IMG/VR virus record: IMGVR_UViG_3300021197_001931
Coordinates: 64,001 to 128,000 of that record
Length of the DNA stretch: 64,000 nt
From: a virus
Reading direction: 5' to 3' (one strand)
Shown: positions 58,364 to 64,000 of the stretch, one piece after another
Numbering within the stretch: the stretch's first letter is position 1
How the letters are laid out: every line of letters begins with the position of its first letter
Position numbers and translations under genes: made by a program
The notes under the pieces: model-generated
Seen by the model: only the letters and a program-made list of their open reading frames with translations
Database searches by the model: none
Told to the model about the DNA's origin: nothing

Positions 58364-59186
58364 GGATCATCTATATAAATTTGATGATTTGGTATTAGGC
58401 GGGACACTTCCTGCATTCCTGTATGCATATTGCAATAGCTTGCCGGTCCTATACGTTGATAAAAAAATTCCTCTTAGATTCGAAGTATCTAATAATAACA
58501 TTTTTGACAACGTTGACAAGGTAGGCCTATGGAATAGGCTTGGGGCTTTCTTGTCTCTGGCTGGGCTGCTTCCCTTTTCTGATAAGCTAACTGGCTTTAG
58601 GATACTTGAAAAAAACTATGCAGAAGCGTATACAGATTCTAGAAAGATAAAAATCTCATTTAATCGTCTTTTAATTTTTGATGAAGATAAAATACAGGGA
58701 CTAGAATCGCCTGTATTTAAGGCAAAGAGAGAATATAAAGTTTATGATTGGCTGATTACAAGGGGAATGTCTAGGCACCAGACAGAGTTACTAGAGTCGG
58801 GTGACAACTTTGTTAAGCAGGTACTTTTCTACCCCTCAGAGAGAAAGGGCACGCAAAAGACAACTAGAGATATGGTTGCGGTGTCTTACTTAACAGAGGA
58901 GCAGATAAACGATTTGGATTATTCAGAGAATTATGCTAGATTAAAAGCAAAGAACATGATGAAAGAGGCTGGCCTTCGTGGCTATTCAAATGGTTTTAGT
59001 AAAATAAAGCAGGCGACTCAGTATTATGCGATTGTATTAGAACACGACCGAAGAGAAGTAAAAACTGTAGGTAGGGACATTTATAAAAATACTGATACAA
59101 TCCTTCACAATGTCTGCAAAGAAGAGGAGATAAACATTGAGTATGTAAGCTCCCAATTGCAAACAATTAATAGACGGCTATGTTAA
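58350..59186 (+). CDS. hypothetical protein with degenerate Rossmann-like N-terminus
   Basis: DDLVLGGTLPAFLYA resembles a DvxIxGxG dinucleotide-binding start. Confidence 0.45.
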   Translation: MQRIRDHLYKFDDLVLGGTLPAFLYAYCNSLPVLYVDKKIPLRFEVSNNNIFDNVDKVGLWNRLGAFLSLAGLLPFSDKLTGFRILEKNYAEAYTDSRKIKISFNRLLIFDEDKIQGLESPVFKAKREYKVYDWLITRGMSRHQTELLESGDNFVKQVLFYPSERKGTQKTTRDMVAVSYLTEEQINDLDYSENYARLKAKNMMKEAGLRGYSNGFSKIKQATQYYAIVLEHDRREVKTVGRDIYKNTDTILHNVCKEEEINIEYVSSQLQTINRRLC

Positions 59187-60052
59187 AAAATGGCCACCAA
59201 CATCCAAACTTATTTCATTTAGCTGGGATTGTGCCTGTGGCATCCCAAAAAATGGATTTTGGAATGGATTGGTCTGATTGCCTTATGCCAATTGCACCAG
59301 ACTTTACGGCTGTTGAGAACGCTGTTCTAGAGTGTGCATGGGCTGGGTGCGAAACAATATGGATAATCTGCAATGATGACGTTTCTCCCCTGATAAGGTA
59401 TCGAATAGGCGACTTTTTGATGGATCCGGTCTATTTTAACAGATTTGATGTTCATCCTAGTGAAAATAAAAGAAGAATACCGGTTTTTTACGTTCCTATT
59501 CACAATAGAGACAGAGGAAGAAGAGATTGTTTGGCATGGAGCGTTATTCATGGAGCAGCTAGGTGTTTTTCTGTTTGTTCTAGATTAAGCAGTCAATTAT
59601 CGCCGAGAAAATACTATGTATCGTTTCCACATGGAATCTATAGGGCAGATTTTCTAAGATCGCATAGAAAATCAATATCATCACCCAAACCATTCTTTTT
59701 GGCTCACCAAGGAAACACAATCAGGACGGGAGCCCAGCTTGGGTTCACTTTTGATGCTGATGACTGGAAAATATTTAGAGATGTGCTGAGACTTCGAAGA
59801 GACGATCTTATTAAAGCAGAGTTGTTGGAAAAAAAGAATGCTGCCTCCCAATTCACTCTTGACATGGTATTTAAAAACGGTAGAATTGAAGACGCCTTAG
59901 AAGCAGAAGTTCCTTGGTACTATCCCATAGATTCTTGGGATATGTACTGCTCTTTTTTGGGATCAAAAGATAGAAAAGAGCTTGCACGACCAGGGCCACA
60001 TATATTAAAATACAGAGAATACAACCGGATTGGATACGAACCAGATGACTAA
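59180..60052 (+). CDS. degenerate sugar-phosphate nucleotidyltransferase-like protein
   Basis: AGIVPVA...DCLMPI, AGCETIWII and IDSWDMY match the GT-A NTP-transferase layout; the GxGTR loop is absent. Confidence 0.55.
   Translation: MLKNGHQHPNLFHLAGIVPVASQKMDFGMDWSDCLMPIAPDFTAVENAVLECAWAGCETIWIICNDDVSPLIRYRIGDFLMDPVYFNRFDVHPSENKRRIPVFYVPIHNRDRGRRDCLAWSVIHGAARCFSVCSRLSSQLSPRKYYVSFPHGIYRADFLRSHRKSISSPKPFFLAHQGNTIRTGAQLGFTFDADDWKIFRDVLRLRRDDLIKAELLEKKNAASQFTLDMVFKNGRIEDALEAEVPWYYPIDSWDMYCSFLGSKDRKELARPGPHILKYREYNRIGYEPDD
59859..59886 (+). promoter_or_regulatory. sigma70-like promoter upstream of dnaE
   Basis: TTGACA-N16-TAGAAT. Confidence 0.5.
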
Positions 60053-63000
60053 CAGAGCCGAACCAGGGATTCCTTTTGTTGGCCTGCACGCACACAGTGT
60101 TGCAGGTTCAATTTTTGATGGCCTAGGCTATCCTGATGAACATATGGAATTTGCTTATAAAAATGGAATGGATGCGCTAGCCCTTACAGACCATGGGAAC
60201 ATGAATGGCCTTTCTCATCAAGTTCTTCATGCAAAGAAGATGATGGAGGAGGGTAAAGACTTTAAGCCCATCTTTGGAATGGAGGCTTATTTTATTCCTT
60301 CAATCAGCGAATGGCGTGTAGAGTATGAGAGAGTGAAAGCTGAGAAGAAGACTAAGAAGAGTGACAGCGAAGTGTCTGGAGCGACCGTTGAGGATGAAGC
60401 TGCCTCCAAACGTGCCGTCAAGAGTGTCCTCAATCGTCGTCGCCATCTCGTGTTGTTGGCGCAAAACCAGAAAGGGTTGGAGAATCTATTTCTTCTCGTT
60501 TCAAACAGCTACAAGCCTGAAAACTTTTATCGCTATCCTCGTGTCGATTACGACCTACTAAACAAATATTCGGAGGGAATTATCGCTGCATCAGCGTGTC
60601 TTGGTGGCGTGTATGCTGGAAACTATTGGGCAAACCGAGATGAGGGCGAGGAGGCTGTCCTCAGCGCTATGCGCGAGACAACAAAGAAGATGGTCTCTAT
60701 TTTTGGTGATCGTTGGTATGGAGAGCTTCAATGGAACAATGTACCAGAACAACATGACCTAAACCAGTATATCATTAAGATGCATGAAGAGTTTGACATC
60801 CCCCTTATTTCAACGGCAGATAGTCACTACCCCAACAGGGACGCCTGGAAAGACCGTGAGCTTTACAAGCGATTGGGCTGGCTAGGAAAGGGCCGACCGG
60901 AGTGGGCTTCTGATGGAGAGCTTCCCTTGAGCGTTGAAGAGATTGGATACGAACTATATCCCAAGAATGGCGATGAGATGTGGGAATCTTATAAGAAATA
61001 TTCTAATCAAGTAGACGTTCAATATGATGATGATCTTGTGCGCAATTCAATTGTTGAGACATTTTTCATTGCTCACTCTCGCATCGATCGTTTTATGCCT
61101 GATACAACGGTCAGGCTGCCAGACTTTGTGGTTCCCGAAGACATATCAGAAGCCCAAGCAATACGCAAGATGTGCTTTGAGGGGCTACGTCGCCTTGGAA
61201 AGCAGGACGATGAGGAGTACACTAGTCGCCTGAACATTGAGCTTGACGTTATTGACGACAGAGGATTCAGTAAATATTTCCTTACAATGAAGGCCATTGC
61301 TGATCGAGCTAACGAAAGCATGCTTACAGGACCAGGCAGAGGTTCAGCTGCTGGGTCTTTGGTAGCTTATGCTCTAAATATAACTCAAGTTGACCCCCTC
61401 AAGTATGGGCTTCTCTTCTCTCGTTTCCTGCGCTCTGATGCCAAGGATTATCCTGATATTGATTATGATGTGGCTGAGCCAATGGCTCTTAAGGAAAAAC
61501 TTGTGGAGGAGTGGGGAGACACAACTGTAGTTCCTATTAGTAATTGGAATACCCTACAGCTTCGAAGTCTTGTTAAAGATATTAGTAAGCTTTACGAGAT
61601 CCCTTTTACAGAAGTGAATAAGGTCACGGGCAAGATGCTCTCTGAAGCAACCCCGCTTGCCAAGAAAGACCATGGAATTACAGCGGGTGTTTACAGTCCA
61701 ACTTTTGAGGAAGTGAAGAAATACAGCAAAACACTTCAAGATTTTCTAACACAATACCCCAAAGTGGCCAGTCATATTGATGTGTTGTATGGCCAGGTTA
61801 GAAGTTGCAGCAGGCACGCTGGTGGTGTTGTAATTGCTGATAACCTAGATAGATACATGCCACTCATTAACAGCAAAGGAGTCCGACAGACTCCCTGGTC
61901 AGAGGGGCAGAATGTGCGCCACTTGGAGCCAATGGGCTTTATTAAGTTTGATATTCTAGGCCTATCGACACTAAGAATGATTGAGGGGGCCATTACACAT
62001 ATTCTAAAGCGTCACAAGGGAGTCAAAGAGCCTACCTTTGATGATGTGAAGGAATTTTATGATAAGCATTTGCACCCTGACACTATTGATTTAAACAATC
62101 AAGACGTATATAAGAATATTTTTCACAAAGGAATGTGGGCAGGAGTCTTTCAATTTACAGAGGAGGGAGCACAAGACTTTTGTCAGAGAGCGCAGCCGAC
62201 TAGTATTATCGACCTAGCTGCAATCACTTCCATTTATAGACCTGGCCCCTTGAGTGCTGGAGTAGACAAGTCATATGTCAAGGCAAAGGAAAACCCAAGA
62301 GATATCAGCTACATACATCCAATTGTGAAAGAACATACTAAAGAAACTTATGGGTTTCTAATCTTTCAAGAGCAGATTGCAATGCTTGCACACAAGCTTG
62401 GCAAGGATGTATCTCTCGATGAAGGCAACCTACTAAGGAAAGTGCTTACCAAGAAAGGCACGGGCAAGGGAGCAAGGGCCAAGAAGAAGATTTATGATAA
62501 GTTCATTGCTGGCTGCGAAGAGAAGGGGATTAAGACCCATCTAGCAACGGAGCTTTGGCAGACCTTTGAATATTTCTCTGGCTATGGCTTTAACAAGTCG
62601 CACGCTGTTTCATATTGCTTCCTATCATATCAGTGTGCGTGGCTTCTAAATTATTATCCTGCAGAGTGGGTTGCAGCGTTTCTAGATAAGGAGCCTGAGA
62701 CAAGGAAAGAGAAGGCTATTAATATTGCCAAGAGCATTCACTTTGAAATTGAAGGCCTTAATATTAATACATCTGGAAAGGTCTGGGAGATCTCAGAGGA
62801 CGGCAAAACATTGATCCAACCTCTATCTTCTTGTAAGGGAATCGGAGATGCGGCTATAGAGCAAATCATAGGCAACAGGCCATATCAAGTTATCGAAGAC
62901 TTTATCTTTAATGAAGACATTGTATATTCAAAAGTAAACAAGAGGGTTATAGATATTTTGATTCGGTCGGGTACTCTTGACGGACTAATTGATGACAGAT

Positions 63001-63479
63001 TCACAGGAGCAAAACACTTCTGGTCTGCCGTAGCTGTTGATCGCCCACGTAACCAGAAGAAGCTTGATGAGAATATTGAGACATATTATCCGGAGGGCGA
63101 CTTCAACGATGAAGAAAAAATTGAATATCTTGTAAGTTTAACTGGCGTATTTCCTATGGAACGTGTTATAACTGGTGAGGTTCTTAGGAAACTACAAGAG
63201 CTTCGTATTCCCCCACTTGGAGAATACGACCCAGACCTTCTAATTTCGTGGTTTATTCCTCGCAAGATTATTCCAAAGAAAACCAAGAAGGGTAAGGATT
63301 ACTGGATTGTTGAATGTATCGATGACACAAGCACAACCACTAGGGTTAGATGCTGGGGTGTTGACCCCAAGAGAGATAAGATACATCTAAATCATCCTTA
63401 CATGGCCAAGCTTGACTATAGTCCCGATTGGGGTTTCTCGACAAGGGCGGTTGGTAGAACTTTTAAGATGTTGGGGTAG
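60030..63479 (+). CDS. dnaE: DNA polymerase III alpha subunit (family C)
   Basis: PHP motifs HAHS, ALTDHG, DSHY; GRGSAAGSL; PDIDYD; KFDILGL; YGFNKSH. True start may be the ATG at 60045. Confidence 0.97.
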   Translation: MDTNQMTNRAEPGIPFVGLHAHSVAGSIFDGLGYPDEHMEFAYKNGMDALALTDHGNMNGLSHQVLHAKKMMEEGKDFKPIFGMEAYFIPSISEWRVEYERVKAEKKTKKSDSEVSGATVEDEAASKRAVKSVLNRRRHLVLLAQNQKGLENLFLLVSNSYKPENFYRYPRVDYDLLNKYSEGIIAASACLGGVYAGNYWANRDEGEEAVLSAMRETTKKMVSIFGDRWYGELQWNNVPEQHDLNQYIIKMHEEFDIPLISTADSHYPNRDAWKDRELYKRLGWLGKGRPEWASDGELPLSVEEIGYELYPKNGDEMWESYKKYSNQVDVQYDDDLVRNSIVETFFIAHSRIDRFMPDTTVRLPDFVVPEDISEAQAIRKMCFEGLRRLGKQDDEEYTSRLNIELDVIDDRGFSKYFLTMKAIADRANESMLTGPGRGSAAGSLVAYALNITQVDPLKYGLLFSRFLRSDAKDYPDIDYDVAEPMALKEKLVEEWGDTTVVPISNWNTLQLRSLVKDISKLYEIPFTEVNKVTGKMLSEATPLAKKDHGITAGVYSPTFEEVKKYSKTLQDFLTQYPKVASHIDVLYGQVRSCSRHAGGVVIADNLDRYMPLINSKGVRQTPWSEGQNVRHLEPMGFIKFDILGLSTLRMIEGAITHILKRHKGVKEPTFDDVKEFYDKHLHPDTIDLNNQDVYKNIFHKGMWAGVFQFTEEGAQDFCQRAQPTSIIDLAAITSIYRPGPLSAGVDKSYVKAKENPRDISYIHPIVKEHTKETYGFLIFQEQIAMLAHKLGKDVSLDEGNLLRKVLTKKGTGKGARAKKKIYDKFIAGCEEKGIKTHLATELWQTFEYFSGYGFNKSHAVSYCFLSYQCAWLLNYYPAEWVAAFLDKEPETRKEKAINIAKSIHFEIEGLNINTSGKVWEISEDGKTLIQPLSSCKGIGDAAIEQIIGNRPYQVIEDFIFNEDIVYSKVNKRVIDILIRSGTLDGLIDDRFTGAKHFWSAVAVDRPRNQKKLDENIETYYPEGDFNDEEKIEYLVSLTGVFPMERVITGEVLRKLQELRIPPLGEYDPDLLISWFIPRKIIPKKTKKGKDYWIVECIDDTSTTTRVRCWGVDPKRDKIHLNHPYMAKLDYSPDWGFSTRAVGRTFKMLG

Positions 63480-63481
63480 CA

Positions 63482-64000
63482 ATGAGTAAAATAAGAGAAT
63501 TCATTATTGAAAGCAAGAAGCACGGAAAACATACTATACTGATTGATGAAGAGGACTGGGAGAAGGTTTCTCAGCACAAGTGGTGCATAGATGCTACGGC
63601 TAGGAGAAACAGTCGTGGAGGGTTTTACGCAAAGACCTCCATCCTACACCCAGACGGGGGGTGGTATGACAACCCAACTAGTGGTCGCGGACGCAGACGA
63701 ACATCAATGTTCCTGCATCGCTTTCTGATGAATCCACCCCCAGGCTATATGGTCGACCATATAAACCATAATGGGCTGGACAACAGAAGGGAAAATCTAC
63801 GTATTTGCACGCGGGTAGAGAACGGACGTAATAGACTTCCTTCAAAGAAGACCGCTTCTGGCTATAAAGGAGTTAGAAGAAACGGCAGCGATAATTGCTG
63901 GCAGGCTAAGATCAATATAGATAAAAAACAAACATATATAGGCTCCTTTGCAACGGCAGAGGAAGCAGCCTTAGCTTATGACAAAGTGGCGATTAAAGAG
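63482..64000 (+). CDS. HNH endonuclease with AP2 domain (3'-truncated, absent from the ORF track)
   Basis: LHRFLM...VDHINHNGLDNRRENLR; SGYKGV...WQAKI...YIGSFATAEEAALAYD. Confidence 0.9.
   Translation, partial: MSKIREFIIESKKHGKHTILIDEEDWEKVSQHKWCIDATARRNSRGGFYAKTSILHPDGGWYDNPTSGRGRRRTSMFLHRFLMNPPPGYMVDHINHNGLDNRRENLRICTRVENGRNRLPSKKTASGYKGVRRNGSDNCWQAKINIDKKQTYIGSFATAEEAALAYDKVAIKE

Noticed and set aside
109-63286. Numerous minus-strand and nested alternative-frame ORFs in the track
   Set aside because: They lie within longer, motif-bearing + strand genes and show no recognisable motifs; treated as shadow ORFs.
54513-63479. Inteins or introns in nrdJ and dnaE (also checked terL, recA and helicase)
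   Set aside because: Lengths and motif spacing are normal; no intein splice motifs or frame breaks seen.
1-64000. Stop-codon reassignment
   Set aside because: Conserved genes are full length in the standard code, and TAA, TAG and TGA all end genes at expected positions.

Overview
This 64 kb window comes from a large T4-like (contractile-tailed) bacteriophage genome. Every credible gene is on the + strand, densely packed, in the standard genetic code, with frequent AGGAG Shine-Dalgarno sites. Gene order: baseplate/tail-collar genes (1-4.8 kb); RuvC, primase and a fused SbcD-SbcC (4.8-9.4 kb); a candidate lysis trio, terminase, portal, prohead protease and a bS21 ribosomal protein homolog (9.4-20 kb); fibre-like proteins, scaffold and major capsid (20-32 kb); neck, sheath, tube, tail chaperone, tape measure and baseplate hub (32-46.5 kb); then a replication block (minimal PolA, tubulin/FtsZ-like protein, gp32 SSB, RecA, deaminase, 5'-3' exonuclease, helicase, NrdJ, GroES, ThyX, two degenerate enzyme folds, DnaE, HNH-AP2). 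Best non-obvious signals: (1) a sigma70 promoter embedded in a 13-bp hairpin that sequesters the deaminase RBS; (2) a probable +1 frameshift (TTT-T, with TGG in the A site) in the tail chaperone; (3) an overlapping mini-PolA plus degenerate tubulin pair; (4) a recurrent ACTA(T/A)TTA late-promoter motif; (5) a duplicated two-gene fibre cassette including an uncalled small ORF; (6) a lipoprotein-free spanin-like cassette; (7) an uncalled Cys-Cys peptide with a hairpin; (8) a multi-hairpin leader after the capsid gene. No tRNA, CRISPR array, intron or intein was recognised. All calls come from motif recognition by eye, with no database searches.
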